Below are positions 37,766 to 53,400 of a stretch of DNA of 64,000 nucleotides, in pieces (position 1 is the stretch's first letter; each line of letters starts with the position of its first letter). Origin of the DNA: Ginglymostoma cirratum (lineage: Eukaryota). The notes beneath the pieces are model-generated. The model was not told the origin of the DNA. It searched no databases and was given only the letters and a program-made list of their open reading frames with translations. The stretch spans positions 24,790,663 to 24,854,662 of the forward strand of contig JAHRHZ010000264.1 in NCBI GenBank assembly GCA_024137785.1. Direction: 5' to 3'. The translations under genes and the position numbers were made by a program.

Positions 37766-40739
37766 GTTCATAGGTTATGCGTTGAGAGTCTAGGTGAGAT
37801 ACATTTTAAAAGCAGGGAATCAATGCTGGCACTGTACACAGAAATACAGCACTGAGAAAAGGAATTGACTAAGAAAGAGTGTAAAGGATGCTATCTGAAT
37901 ATTTGCAATAAAAAAAAGTTTCCAGTCTTTAAATACATTTGAGAATACGCATCTAAGGGAGACAAGTGAAATTTCAGTTAGAACTAGAATTTCAACGTGC
38001 TTCAGTAAACAAAATTGTTATTACTGCTGGCATGTATAATGGTTAAAAGTCTTCTACTGATCTAGGAAGAAAACTGGTTGGTTTTATTTCTAGGAAAAAT
38101 ATTTTAAAAGTTGTCCAGTCTGAAAATAAGTCTCACAATCCAGTTGCAGTTTAGCTTAGCAATTTCATTTAAAACAGAAACCATTGCTAATAGTACGTTT
38201 ATATTAAAACGTTGCTTGTGGAAGGAACTACAACCAAATCAGTGACACTGAAATACAAATCAAGTGCTCAGACCATCATCAGCTGGAGATTATTTTCACC
38301 TATTTGCAATCAACAGCTGCTGAGTGTCAAGACATTAGCAATGTCTAATACATTAACAACAAGTTACTTGGGGATCAAAAACGTAGCCAACTGCGTTTCT
38401 GATTAGTAAATATAAAATGTAAGTATTATTGGCAATGTGATCTCACAAACTCATTTGTATGGTATCTGCATGTTCACAAAATGGCAAAATGAAAAGCAGA
38501 GATATTTTGAGATTGTTTTGAGCGCTCTACTTTTCACTGAATGATGGCTGACACTTGTTAAGTAATTATTATTATATGAAGTTAATTTATTTGTATTGTG
38601 TACAAGCTGTTTGCCCCAAAACTAATATGTGGTTAGCACTGCCAACACAGACATGTTTGGGCCAAATCAGCTATTTGAATTGGATTGTAGCATAAAATCT
38701 GATGCCATAAATCATCATTTTCCAAACTTGACCTACAATGCCACATAAGATAGGGATGCTGCTAGTAGTTATTAACAGATTTCCACATGACTTTTCTTTA
38801 AAAAAAAAAGTAATGCCACTCTTACTCTTAAATTCACCTCAGAGAACGCAGGGACAATTTTAAAAAAGGACCAGTTGCTTCACTGAGACTTGACTCATCA
38901 TTTTCTCCACTACATGAAAGATACTGTCCTCGACTTGCCAATAATGTCAACACATTTATTTAGTAATCAGAAAAGCAGGTTGACATTTCAATTCCAAGAG
39001 TTTCCACAATCCATTACAACCATGGACAATCCTTACCAATACTTATGTCTCAAGCAACGGATTATCTAGTCTTCATGCTGTTTGTGGTACCGTGCTGAGT
39101 GCAAAATTTGGCCACATAACCTCCTATATTACTACAACATTGAATATATTTTTATTTTAAAGTAATGAGAAGTCCCAAGGTACTGGGTAAAGTCCTGTAA
39201 AACCAAGACTTTTCTATTTATTTTTCTGCCCACAAGGTTGCACTTCAATGACCAAAACACTTCCTGCATCACTGTGAATATGCCTATTGACTAACAGTTA
39301 CATATTTAGAGGTTTGATGTTAAAATTCAAAAACGTGGTATGATTTTCAAATTAATTTAGACTCTCAACTCATATTTACTGAAGATGCTTATCATAATGT
39401 TAAATAAAGTGCAACTTGTGCCCTAACAATGCGTTGAGTGGTGATGTCACAATCAAGTTTTAATTAGTTATCTTATGTACACAGATATGGTACTGCTGCT
39501 TGAATATTAAACTTGTGCAGAACTGCATGACACCAACTGAATAATATTCACATCAGGAATAAGAACTTGGAGAAGTCAAAATAGGTTGTGTTAATATTCT
39601 GGAGTTCTGTACGTTATGGAAAAGTGCAAAGTAAACACATTAACGTCCAATTATTAAAACCCAGGTGAAATATATAAATGCGCAAGGATGCTCATTTCAT
39701 GGATAGTTTCACCACATGTGAAAAGCACTTAAGCACCAAGCTGCAGTCTATGTATTAAGCTTCATTCTTTAGAAATACAAATTGATTTTAACAAGTTGCA
39801 GTTTACATCATCTTCTCTTTGGTGCAAGATGTAGCTTTACAGTGTTCAGACCACTACAGAAGATGAGTTATCACAATTCAACGACAGCTTGCAACTTGTA
39901 CCATGACAATACAGCATCACCAGTCAATGCAATTTAGTTCTACTACATTACCTCTAGTATTAAAAAGATGATGCTATTGTTTGAAATTTACAAATTGATT
40001 CAGAACTGTCAGATATCAGAAATGAAAATACGAATAAAAGTTTGGCAAATCTAAAAACGAGCAAAACTTCATAAACATTCAAAAGTACAGTGACCTTAAG
40101 ACAAATGCAATCATACAGTAATACTTTAAAACAAGTAACTGTATCAGTTCTGGTCAACCACAGAATGTTGATGTCACTGAAGTCGTCAGCATTTCTTATC
40201 CATTCCAAATAGCCCTCAGGAAGATGACAACACATTGCCTTCTGAAACTGTGCATGAGGGATGGTCAGCAGCTTTATACAACCGAGTAACTTTTCAAAGG
40301 TCAGTTACAACTCCAGATTTATTTACACAACTAAGCTGAAATTGATTAGTCAGCTGCTATTGTGGGATTTGAACTCGTGTCCCCATTTAATTGGTCCAAA
40401 TTCTGGATTACTAATCCAGCAATATAAACCACTAGACTATCACCCCTGGGGTTTCAGTGCAAGAAAAACTGTACAATATGGTACAGTTCAATTATGTGCA
40501 AGATGTTACATAAACAGAAAAAAAATCAAGTTTTGACGTATTCATTATATAAAAATTCTTATGTACTAGAAGTAGCTTTACAACCTTCAAAAGCACAGCA
40601 ATTATACTTTTACATGTTGAAATAGTAAAACTAATTTCATGTTTCAAACAGGTACAGTCCCAAAGAACAATGCTAGGCACAACCATGGAAGTAAACAAAT
40701 GTCCAACACCTCAAGTGTTTTCATTTATTAAAACCCTAC

Positions 40740-40797
40740 CTCCCATGCCAATTCCTCCACGTGGACCCATATCACCCATCCTCATATCCTGTTCTCT
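40740..40797 (-). CDS. PSPC1: PSPC1 internal coding exon (58 bp)
   Basis: tttttattttcag|AGA...GGAG|gtaggg. REQDMRMGDMGPRGGIGMG versus human REQEMRMGDMGPRGAINMG. Confidence 0.96.
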
Positions 40798-43700
40798 CTG
40801 AAAATAAAAACATTTTCATGGTCAACCTACCAGCACAGATTATCTGTGTACGTTCAATTTCTTACCTTTAATTGCAATTAATAACCCTATTCTTTTTCCC
40901 CATACAAAAAAAAATAAGTGGAGCTGCCCGGGACTAAAATCAAATTCCTGAGTATTGAGCAAAGAGTGAAAAAAAAGTGATAAGCAAGTTGAAATCCAAT
41001 TGCACCGTACTCGTATATTAGTCACTCTGAAACAGACAATGGGGTGATTTTCAAATCCAGAAAAAAGGTGGAAACTGGCAGAGGAAAAGCAGTTTGTTCT
41101 ACTACTCCATCCAATCTTCTTTTCCATTGACTCCACTTCTGCCAATTTTTTTTACCGCCAGATTGAAAAGTGCCCCCAATATCTGACTTTTCTTTTCATA
41201 AAAGCATCTGAATTATAATCATTGTATTTTCACTCAGCAATCACCACAAGTCTCACATTTTTATATTTTGATACATTACAGAAAATCCGTTCGCAAAGTA
41301 TGAAATATGATACATCAGACCATTTCATACATGTCTGCCTATTCTCCACATTATCCAAAAGAAAAAGTGTGATTCACGGCTTGTGCTTGAGCAGTATCAT
41401 TTCAGGCCTTAAGAGGATCTCAGTGTAACCACAAAAACAAGTAAGTCCATTTCTTATAAAGTGAGCTTACTTTGTCCACTATTGGATATCACAAGAAAAA
41501 TAAATACAGCCAAATAACACAGATTAGCAGCCAATTTCATTCAACTAGAATTATACAAAAGTATAAATCACCTTATGTTTTGTAATCAAAAAGTTTGTTG
41601 TCACATATAAAGCAAAAGCAAATTGCGCACTTCCACAGGAAATATACCTGAAAAGTAAAAAATCTCAAAAGACAGACAAATCATCCAAAATATAAACAAA
41701 TGTTAAATCAGCATGTGCATTACGAGCTCCCAATTAGGACCAAAATGATGCTTTTTTCATGCTTAACGTTTATAAACAGAATGAATCTAATTTTTGTTCC
41801 TTTTTGTTTAAAATAAGTTTCAATAAAAACATTTTTGAACTAGGAATGCCTCATTTGGTAGCAGACCTAAAGTATTCCTACAGATAAATTATAGAAATCT
41901 ATGCACATGCAATTTTTCAGCCAACTTGCTGCAGCTTCTCGATGAGCATCTTCCAGAACAACTGGTTTGTTTTCAAACATTTAGCACTTGGTACACTCCA
42001 TCTTAGGGAAGGGTTTTGCTGGTAAGCTCAGTCTAACAGGTGATGGCTAGAATGCATTTGAGAAAAACGCTCTGTTCTGACCAAAGCAGACTGGACACCT
42101 CCCTCCTCACTTGTCTGAATGTGGAAGGTAATGGCAAACCACCAGTGATAAAAATTGTCCAGAAAAACCGCACAGTCAGAGCAAAGCATTAGCAGACCAC
42201 GAATCAAGGACCGATTCTGGGTTGAGCACACACACCATACCACCCAATTTCCAAAACTCTGCAGGCTTCACGATGGAAAATAGTAGTACCACTGGATAAA
42301 ACATCTCAGTATAGTAGGTGACAGAAATATGATACAAGCCAACAAATACTTAATAAATAGATCAAGAGTATTTGGTAAAGTTCAGTTAGCTGTTTGATAA
42401 CTCGAAAATACCTTAGAACCCTTGAAAGGCCTTTAGGGTCTGGGAGTGTACTTTGTCCTTCCCGTATTTAATTCATCCTCTACCCAGAATGGATACATTT
42501 AAATAAAATTGATGAACATGTAAATCACGTATTTTTATACAATTGTGCTATAAACAATTGTTCTCCTGAAATGTTAAGTACACTTTATTACTGCAAACAA
42601 GCTGATCGACAATGTTTTCCCACCTATGTATGCAAGAGGAATTATAGCAAATATTTAGTCTTTAGGAGAACCAGATATATGGCACCAATATCTGCAGATA
42701 TAATTCAGCCTTCACATCAAAGATCATATCACTTTCAACTTTATATTTGGAAGTTACATTACAATAGGAAAGTGTACAGAAATTATAATTGGAGCGAAGG
42801 AGTTTCTTTGTAGTCTTTGATTCACATGACCATCCATTCCCACTCCATTTCTATCATGCAACGGTACTGTTTACAGTTGCTGTACATTCTGTACTCAAGC
42901 ATATGAGATGGCATATACTGTAGTTCAGGAGTTCCTTCTACATTTGTGGAATTCCACTCAGTTACCACTGATTGGCAGACCAACAGTTCATTGTTGGGTT
43001 TTTCAAAAATCACTACAATTTTCCTCGATTAGTAATATTCAAAAAGTTTTGATGAGCTTGTTGAAGCACAATTCAAACATATCACCACTGTAACAAAAAT
43101 AAATTTAGAAACTGTTTCACTGAATCGAATCCCAGGACAATTCTCAAAGCAGAGGTTCCCAAAAAAATTTAACAGCGCTATGTTCCACTTCTGCAGTCAC
43201 AGACACAATGAATACATTATTAGCCTCACAAATTATTTGTTCTTCAATGTAATGCATGAAATCAATGGAGTCTTATATTGCAGCAGAGAACTGAACAATA
43301 AATGACAGATGTGTTGTTTCATTATACAGTACTACTGGCGACTTTGCAGGTTAAGTACTTTTTTATTGACAAAAGCCAACTGTAAGAAATTTGCAATCAC
43401 GCCAGCTGTAATAACATTTCACAAAATATTGTTTTATAAAAGAGCGACAAAAAAGTAACAGCTAAAATTTTCTGCACTTTTCCTCCAAGTTTTCAGAATA
43501 CTGCACTTATTTGATTCTGGCTTCATTTCCAGATCATTTTACATGGATTCACTTCAATTTTTTCTTCTTCAAAATTTAGCACAAGTCCTTGTAAGTGAGT
43601 ATGTAATCTGTCTTACTATTAATTTCCTGCCAATCTGTACTATAACATTTGAAGGATAAATATGTGGTTCTCTTAAGATTTTGCAGAGTATCAAAAGGAC

Positions 43701-46700
43701 TCAAGATGAAGTAACGTATTCAGTTCAATTTGAAAATAACATCCTCGTAGCTGAATCACACAAAAAAGGCATATTTCCTGCTTATAATTGGGAAATTCTA
43801 TACACATTACTGTTTGATTTCCCTCTCGGGAATCCTGTGAAACTCAACCGCGTGGATTTACCATGTTATACAAATTAGCCACATATGCTTTGAACTTATA
43901 GTAGAACTGAAAGTATGTACGAATAATTGCTTGTTTAGTAACAATGCATGACCAGTTCATTCTCAATACAAAACAAAGCCGAGCAGTAAAACAAAGATGT
44001 CCAAATTACCATCATCTAATACTAATAAAAAGCAGAATACTGCGGATTCTAGGAACTGAAACAAAATTAGGAAATGCCGATGCTGCCAGGCTTGCTGAGT
44101 ATTTTCAGAATTGTTTTCATTTCTTATCCTACTATCAACTTGCTTACTAACTTTCAGCTTTTGGAATGTTCCACAATGTTGAAATGGCAAACAGACAGAC
44201 TCAGGCTACTGAAGGGATCAGAAAAAAATATACAAGTGAAAAAAAAATGCATGTGCAAATTATTAGTTGTTCACTGAAGATCTGGTACCAAATGAGGCAT
44301 GAGCTAACCAGCAAGTCTTTTGAAATATATAAATCAAATTTGCCATAAAACAATGACCCTTCAATCAAACCTTTCTCTCAAGATTATCAAGTTGTGACCA
44401 TTCTAGCCTTTCAATCTTAAAATGGATCAGAACTTCTGTTCTTTACCACTACAGAAAATGAGCAAATATGGAAATTAAAACAAAATTGAAGGTATCAGAA
44501 AAAACCCCACAAAAAGTACAAATGTTACATAAATTTAACAAAATTCACTTGATAACTTCTGTATTATTTACGTATCATTTACCATATTTGCATTAGCTCA
44601 AAAGCAAAAATTTTTGATCATTTATGCTCAGGGATGGCACTGTGGTTTTGAATACTGCAAGATACCTTCACTTATTCTGAAGAAATGTTTGTGGAAAATC
44701 TGTAGGTTACCATATCACAAAAGTTTTCTTTGAAACGGTATCATTCAGAAAATATGTGCAGATCTTACCTGTACACATTAACAATAGATGGAAACAAAAC
44801 AAGGATGAAAAGAAAACAAATTTTATGAATCTGATACACTCAAAAATCTTAAATGTGCAGAGTAAAAAACAGAATATTGCTCACTTAGGTACTAATCAAA
44901 ATTGTAAACTGTTTTGACTATCAAATTGATTGATGAGTTCAAATGACAACCTTATATTAATTCTGTAACGTTCTTTACCCAATAGTTAGTTCTTAATCTA
45001 TTATAAAACATAACATCCCTCAATAGAGGAATGAAAATGAAAAAAATTTGCTGGCACTGACCTATTACTTTTAGGCCACTTAAACTACTATAGCACTCTA
45101 AAAATGGCTTATCAGATAGTACAATTAAATATCATGGTGAAGATGATCCTCTGCGGCCAGTATTGAGTTAAGAGGGAACAAATGTTCCTAACCTTAGCAC
45201 AACACAGATTTAGGAGAAAAAAAAAATCACATGCACTTACCATCATGTTCAGTAACCACAGACAGTTTAGTACAGTGTTTATAACAAAGAAATCAACAGA
45301 TAAAAGAGTATGGACTACAAACGGCTTCTAGCAAGACCAAGTTTACTTGGACTGAAAATGTTCACGATTTCAAGTAGCGTTTTGCCAGCTTAAGAACCCT
45401 GTGTATTCTGAATGAATTTCAATGTCCTCCAGATAAGATATGGGGTGTGAAGTTTTAGAGCTTGTTGACATTTTGGATCTAAACTACAAGGTAACCAAGT
45501 AGCAACTCCTGCATTCTTACCATAGACATGGATGCCCAGCTATGACCATGAACAGAGGGTATATTCACAAAGCTATTTTGTAAAAACATTAAAATGTTAA
45601 AAGTAACAATAACTTCTACAGCACTCCTTTTGGCCAAAACTACGTTATCATCAGCTTTAGAGAGAAGATGTGCAGTAACTGTAGTGCACGTTTATTTAGC
45701 AAAATCCTCTAGTGTTCTAATTATGAGAAAGACTGTTGCTATAATTCTGATCTGTAAACTGCAAAAGAACAATACAATTCTTAGGAGCAGTTTCAATTAC
45801 ACCACTGGATTTTAAAAACTATTCCTGACAAGAGCTAGTCTTTTTACATTATGACCAAGGAAATTCAAAAAGATATTCTGTCCAGTACAAAAAGTTTGAG
45901 CATACAAGTCATTATGAACTAAAGCTTTACAGCTGGATCAAACCCAGCTTGTAGCCCAAGCAGCCAAAAGGCAAGGAATTAGAAAACAAGCACTAGAATT
46001 CCACAAAATATTGCTTGACCAGGAACCAATGTAGATCAACAAGCACAGAGGTCACAGGGAACCAAATCTTATCACAGACCGAGACATAAACAGCAGGTTC
46101 TTACATTGTCTATGTGCAGCAGGTAGCAAGGAGACCAGCCAAGACTAAATTAGAGCTGCATTAGAGGAAGAAGTGTGAACAGGTGTTTTGGTAGCAAGTA
46201 AGGTGATTCAGGGGTTTTATCTGGAAATGACCAGTGTTAGTGATGACAGAAATGAGGCGATAAACTTGGGATTAAAAAGAGGTGGCGTGGAGGTGCATGA
46301 CAGATGATTATAGCCTCAACTCTATTTTCTTACCTGCCTAAAATCTTTAACACAACTTTAATATATTAAATGACCAGTCTGCACTACCTCCAAAGGAAGA
46401 ACCTCAGAGGCAAGAAATTGCTCCTCATCTCTGTCTTAAATGGGCAATGTAGGACTCGAGGGAGCTGGTGATGAGATATACCTGGGTATCAGTGCATGTC
46501 GAAACTAATGCTGTGCCTTCAGTGAAGTATAATGAAGTGGACAAGAAAACATTGTAGGACATCAGAATTGAGAGCAGAAACAGGAGGAAAAGTCTAGCAA
46601 GCAATTCTCTGGTTCCAATTAAGCATTTATGAAAGGAACCAGGTGTGAGCAGAACTAGCTGGGAGTGAGCACAGGTGGCATTGTTAGCCATGTTAAAAAG

Positions 46701-47436
46701 GATGGGGAGGAAAAGTTCACTGCGGTCACAACTACACGTCATTTGTGACTTTGAAAAGAGATTTTTCGGTACTGTGGAAAGGGTAAAACCTGATTTAAGG
46801 ATTCAAATATAATTACATCATTAATAAACATGTGAATTGAAAATGGTGTTACCAAACACATTCTATCATAGATATTGTGTAGGGAAGACAACTCCCCAAT
46901 TCAAATCCTGGAAAGTACATTTATGGAATAGCCAGAAACAATGGCAAAGTTGAAAGCTTCTTTGATAACAACTGAATAAATATTTAATTACTTGTAATTA
47001 ATTATATTAAAAGTGCATAAGAAATTAGTTTAGAAAAATCCAGAAAATACAATCAGCATCAAGTCCCATTAAGATAACAATTACAAGCTGTGCAACACAT
47101 TCCTGAATACTAGTTACAGCTAGCAAGTACAAAGCCAGCAGACATCCAAGATGATGTTTAAGCAGTGAAGGCCTTGCTTTAATAAATGCATCAATATTCA
47201 GTCAAGCTATACTGGTAATTGTGACCCTAAAACTGAATCACAAATATTTGAGGCCATATATTGAATCTGAGGTCAAACAAACACTTAGTCCCCACCCACT
47301 GTTATACCTTGAAAGGCAGAACATCATCATCCTGAACTTATGTTCAGGAATATTATGCTCTGGGTTAAAATGAGACATTTTGGCAGCATCATAAAGTACA
47401 TGCTTTTCTTGAAACTGCAGAATTTTGTTTTCTCCA

Positions 47437-47730
47437 TTCAGGATTAGGGAATCCAAGACTAGAGGGCATATGTTTAAGATGAGAGGGGAAAGATTTAAAA
47501 GGAACCTAAGGGGCAACTTTTTCCACAGAGGGTGGTGCATATGGAATGAGCTACCAGATGAAGTGGTGGAGGTTGGTACAATTACAACATTTAAAAGGCT
47601 TCTGGATAGGTATACGAATAGGAATGGTTTGGAAGGACATGGGCCAAATGCTGGCAAATGGGACTAGATTTATTTAGGATATCTGGTCAGCATGCACGAG
47701 TTGGACTGAAAAGCCTGTTTCTTCATGACT
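47437..47730 (+). mobile_element. CR1 3'-end fragment
   Basis: SKTRGHMFKMRGERFKRNLRGNFF...WNELPDEVVE. Confidence 0.9.
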
Positions 47731-47734
47731 CTTC

Positions 47735-48075
47735 TGTGGGGTGTTGGCATCACGGGCAAGACTAAAATTTGAAGTCCAACCTCAACATGCGTACAGGGAG
47801 GGGTGAAGAGTTAATCCTATTGCTGTAGGTCTGAAGTCACATGAAGACTGCACCAGGAGAGGATGGCAGTGGTCATTCCCTAAAGGACATTAGTGAACCA
47901 GACGGGCATTTAAAATGTGTTTTTTTCTGGCTGTTATTGTCACTATCTGGGTTAACATTAAATTCAGTTGATAAAAATCTGTAAAGTCAATTAAATGGGA
48001 ATTTGAAACCACATGCCCACAGCACTAGCACTGGCCTCCAGATTACTAGTCCAAGAATACTAACATTCTCTCATT
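47735..48075 (-). mobile_element. Second SINE family copy
   Basis: ttgctgtaggtctgaagtcacatg...ccctaaaggacattagtgaaccaga...cagattactagtcca. Confidence 0.6.
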
Positions 48076-49194
48076 ATCTCCAATTTATGATCAATTGCCA
48101 GAGATGACACAATATTACAGATCTCAAGCATCAGTGCATTCATTCAATCTCACAGTTCAGAGATTATACCACAACAGTACAATTGTTCATCTTAAAATAA
48201 GAAGTTCCCAAAGAATGCTGTGCGACGAAATCATTTTTAAATTGACAGCAAAATGGAACAAGTATCTCATCTAAATTCTTAGAAGGCTACACACAGCTGC
48301 CTAAATAATCAGCAAACCCAAGTTTGATCAAAGTCAGCCGACAGTCAACAGAACTGCAAGATGTATGTCATGAATTATGAATTTATAATGAGGAGTTCTT
48401 ACTTTTAGTCTTAAGGAATCCAACGGCTTTGGTTCTAACGTTTGAACACCTCCTAAAATTGGGATCTAAGACTGCAGGTAGTGCAACAAAGGGAGAAAAT
48501 TTCAACCAAGAGTAAAGTTTCCTTTAAAAAACAAAATGGTCTCCCAGGTCCAGTGGAACGTGCTACGATGAACCTTTGTTCTAATCCTTTGCGGAGTGAA
48601 CGCAAGTGTAAGTCACAAAGTGGAAACGTGAAACGGATTTCAAGGTAAGAGGCCAACAACTCAAAACCTTCCTAGAAGATTCTCAAATCTTAGTCCGGCC
48701 TCTTAGGCTGACAGTTGAGTAGCTTGTCATTGGCACCCAAGTCGGTAGCATTCCCACATCTGTTCAACACAGCATCAACTGAACTGGCACGCAGACAGCA
48801 CAGAAACTAACATAAGCTACTGTACATCTTGGCTGAGCTTCACATCTGCCCAACATATTTGACATTTCCTGGAGAGTGATAAGCATGGCAGATCCCTCAA
48901 ATTTCAAAATTGAGCTTAAAATGGGAATCATCCAGGCATTACACACATCAAATTTTTGACCTGGAAGAACATCATGGCTGATCAGCTGATTTCAGTCTAC
49001 ATCCTCTCTATATGATAAAGGAGGTACAAAGTTGATCTGAATTTAGGTAATAGGGGATGACTAAAGAAGTTATAAGTCTCCAAACTGAATGCTGCCTTTT
49101 TTGTGCAAATGCAAGTCAAAAGTATGTATTAAAAAATGAAACAACATTAGAACTTAATCCGTCTTCATCGTGGAACACTGCCCTCCAGGATAAG

Positions 49195-49445
49195 AATAAA
49201 GAACAGCACAGCACAAGAACAGGCCCTTCAGCCATCCAAGCCTGCGCTGACACATTTTGTCCTTCCATATTAAAACGGTCTTCACTTGCAAGATCCGTAT
49301 CCCTCTAGTTCCTTCCTATTCACGTATTCGTCCGGGTGCTCCCTGAGTGCTGCTACTATGTCTGCTTCCACCACCTCCTCTGGCAGCATGTTCCAGGCAC
49401 TCACCACCCTTTGTGTGAAAAACTGACCTCGCACAAGTTTTTGAA
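49195..49445 (-). mobile_element. CR1 3'-end fragment
   Basis: RGQFFTQRVVSAWNMLPEEVVEAD. Confidence 0.88.
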
Positions 49446-51739
49446 ACATACCCTGCTCCCCCCACCAAATGCAGAATATCATTGGACTTACATTACAAAC
49501 AATAAAAAGAAAATTACATGTGGGTGTATCATGTAATAAGACCCAATGCATTTTGCAAATACCTGAAATAAACGTTGAAGGGAGACTATCGAGGTCAGTC
49601 TTAAGCAAACATTAATTAATAAAGCAATAAAAAAAAACTGGTGAGATGGGGAAACAATCCAAACAGACTTTAAGGAATTAATATTCCTTCTAAAATGTAC
49701 TTAGCATAAAAGTAACCTCAAGAATTCAACACTTCTTTACCAACATAAAGGTCAGGAATATGATTCTTTAACTGGATTAAAGAAACTGGCGCTCAAACAC
49801 ATTTATGTGGCTTACAACATCCTTCAGTGACACACACCACAAAGTGTCTTTTTGATCACACAATTAGCCAAAGTCCAAAAGAATAAGAAAATTTTGGCTG
49901 AACACAAAAAAAAAATGGAAACAACTGGAAAAATTCAGAGATTAAAGTTTAATTCTTATTATAGGGACTAAAACAGATGAACAAGTATTTACTTTTGCAA
50001 CTGACCTCTTACTTTAAAAATCATCAATTGTTCGGTTGAATTATCAGTTCTATTCTGGGCATTTACAATTTGTAAAAAACAAAATGATTTAGCTGTCCAA
50101 TTACATAACTGTAAAAATGATAAGCAATTCACGCCCATCTTAATATTAAAAGTGTATCCATGGATCAGTAAAGAAATAGTTTGCCTTTCTGATGCTTTAT
50201 GCAGCTCACATTCTTGTAGGCAAACGTGCTTTAAAATTCATACTCTTCTGAAGATCATTTTCCACATTGTCATTACAACAGTGTTAACTTGACATCAACT
50301 GAGATACACACATCGTAAAAATCCACTGCATTCAAGTTTGAATAGCAGTCATTGATACTTCATACTAGTCACAATACGTGAACCAGTCAGAATTCCTTCT
50401 TTAAGGTAGGGAAAGGTCAACTAAAATTCAGTAATTCGAGACTACTGCTGAAATATCATGCAGCTGCTCAACAAAAACCAAGGGAACCAAAGGGAGTTAT
50501 CTGAAGTCACAATTGCCTCATTCATTCTTGCCTCCCTGTCTAGTAAACAATGTGTCTTGTCAATGGTTACTGCTTTCAAAAGATGCGGCTAAGAAATTTA
50601 TTTATTGTATCCATTGCTTGACAGATCAACTTGGTTGTTAATTCTTTACATGTTTATAGCTCAACTTGTGTCAAGTTTGTCATTCCATTAATTTAGTGTA
50701 CGAGATGCACCAAATAACTCAGTACTTCTTGAAGTTGTGCACAGTTATAAAAATATATTCACTCTTGGGGTATGAGAATCACTAGCATTGCAAACATTTA
50801 TTGCTCATGTTTCAATGCAATTAAGATACCTTTGGTGAGTGACCTTCTTGACATGTCATAGCCCACATGGTGCAGATACACCTGGTTGTTATTAGGGAGA
50901 TAATTCCAGGATTTTCACCCAGTGAGGAATTATGATGCGACTCTAAGTTAGACTGATGAGTGACAGAGGGGAGCTCTCATTCGCCTGCAGTGGTCATCCT
51001 TCTACATGGTAGAGTTGACATATTTGGTAAGTGTGAAAGTGCTGTTAAAGGAATTTCAGCAAGTTTATTTTTCAACAAATTAAGTCCTTAGTTAAAAATA
51101 CCAATCAGTTTCAACACACACCTTAAAAGAGGAGCTTGACAATTTAAAAACAGCTTACTGTTTTAATCTTTCTGAAATCAGATTCACAACTGTTAGCTAC
51201 TGCTCTGGAGCACTGAGTAGAAGGATGAACACATTAAGTACATCAGCCAACAAGTTTTACTGTTCCAAGAATCAGAGCTTGTAATTATACTATAAATAAA
51301 AATTAATTATTAAAAGATTAATCTAATAAAACAATACTTCAACTACTGGTCGGGAGGCAAAGTGAATTGAAGGAAGCAATTTCATTAATTCCTTTAGTTA
51401 GTTCTTCTTTTAGCAGCTCATTCTTTCAGGTCAATGCCTAAGGACTGGGAAGTGGGTGAAGTACTATCCTTAAAGCCTCCAAAACACATACCACAGAATT
51501 GAGAGATTTGGCAAGGAGCTGGTCCACCAAGTCAGAGACAGAAAACCAGTCTATCAACGACAAACACTGAAGTGAAACATCCCACAATTCAAGAAATAGA
51601 AAGTGGCTGGCAAGGTGAGTGCTGGTTGTAGAAATTGCAGCATAGCCATCAGCTAGGTGTTGTGCCTTTGCCACAACTCCAGGAAGGTATCAAGCCTCCA
51701 AGGCTATAAGCTGAATGGTTGTAGGAGGGAGAGCGCCAG

Positions 51740-53400
51740 GAGAGGCAGCCTCAAGTGGGGTGAAGGAAAGAGAGACTGCAAGTCTGATGATGGATTGATA
51801 ATTGAGGAGATGGACGAATTTCTAATTTTATTTCTGTGCAAGTACCCCATATATCAGTAATTACAGAAAGTACTGCTGCTATTAGTACCTATTGCTGCAT
51901 CATCTCAAACATGTTAATGTGAATGGAAAAAAAAAACACAGGCCCTGAAAGTCAGAAAGCAGCCATGAAGAAAATCTCTCAAGCTCATAGATTATTTTTA
52001 TCCCAGTGTCCAACAGTCTTACACATTAGTCTTTTAGAATTTGGAAGTATGTATTATGTTTAATGTTTAGTGTCAGGGTCAGATTCACAGGCCTGTGAAT
52101 GGATTACCTGGACAGTCAGTCAAGGTGGGGCTCACTCCATGCACATTCCAAACTGTGGGAAAGCTAGTATCCTTCATATATCCTCATAACCATATTTGCA
52201 GCGAATGCTAGAATTTGCTTGACCAAGGTACAACTACCCACTAGATTTCAAGAAAAGTTGCCAGAGGGAATGAGAATATCACACAGGATAGAAGGAACAG
52301 GTAGTGCATAAATGTCCCAAGCCAGTGGGACTTGATTAGTGATTTTTGATCTGGAATACTGCAAAAGGCAACACCTTGGAGGTAGGAATCAAATTCCTGT
52401 CACCCATAGAAGATTTCACTGCATTGACAGGAAATAAAAAGCAGATTTGATATTTAAGGACATAGACAGGCATTTCTACAAACACAATAGTGATTCTCAA
52501 ATAACATGCCATGGCAGTGTCAAGAAGGAGGACATTATTTGCAGGTACATGATTTTCTGCAAGGGGAATGGTCCAAATTGGAACTAATGACCTAGGAAGA
52601 AAAATGGTTGAGATTCTTCAGGCAGATCCAGAAAAGAAGAATCTCAAAAGGTAATGAAGATTACTTCTAGCACCATGTGCCAGTGAGCATAACAGCAGGA
52701 AAAAATGCAGGCAAACATGCTGAGAATGTGATGAAGAATGGATGATTTCAGATTTCTAGGGGATTGGGGCAGACTCTGGAGAAGCAGACACCTGTACAAG
52801 CAAAGCCACAGCCAAAAGGTTCCTACTGATAGGTCAACTAGTAGCGTTAGGTATGAAACCTGAAAATAGCAGACAACAGCAGAACTAAGAGGGGACAAAG
52901 AAATATCATCATTAAGATGAGACAGCAAGGGAATGAGACAGAAAGAAAGTGCACGAGAAAGAGAAAGGGAAAGGTACGGTCCTTTTAAGGGAAAGGGCAA
53001 AGCAACCAAATCTAACAGAAATGGGAAAAATCAGGAAGCAGATCCAGTTAAATGACTAGGAAGGTTATGAAACACAAAAGATATTAGAAAGGTAACGAAG
53101 GAGAGAGTGAGATGTATTTAAAAAAGCATTTTGCTAGATAAAATGTTGGGCCTATTAAATTTCCAAAGGAAAATGGTCATAAAAATCTTCAGATGAAGTA
53201 GTAAAATTCCAGGCCAAGGATTAATTGAGTACTTTGCATCCGCCTCCACAAGGGAAGAAGTGGATAACATGAAGCTTACACCAAATTAAGAGGCTGAAGA
53301 AGTTGAGAATAACAGGTGTAATAAAGAGATCATTTAAAATCACCTAGTTCAGCTGCAACGTACGCTAGGATGTTGAAAGAAGCAAATGGAAGAGGAATTG
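51740..53400 (+). mobile_element. Decayed CR1 5' region (ORF1 SGNH-esterase-like and ORF2 scraps)
   Basis: atggtccaaattggaactaatgacctagga (VQIGTNDLG, esterase block III), gagtactttgcatc. Confidence 0.5.
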
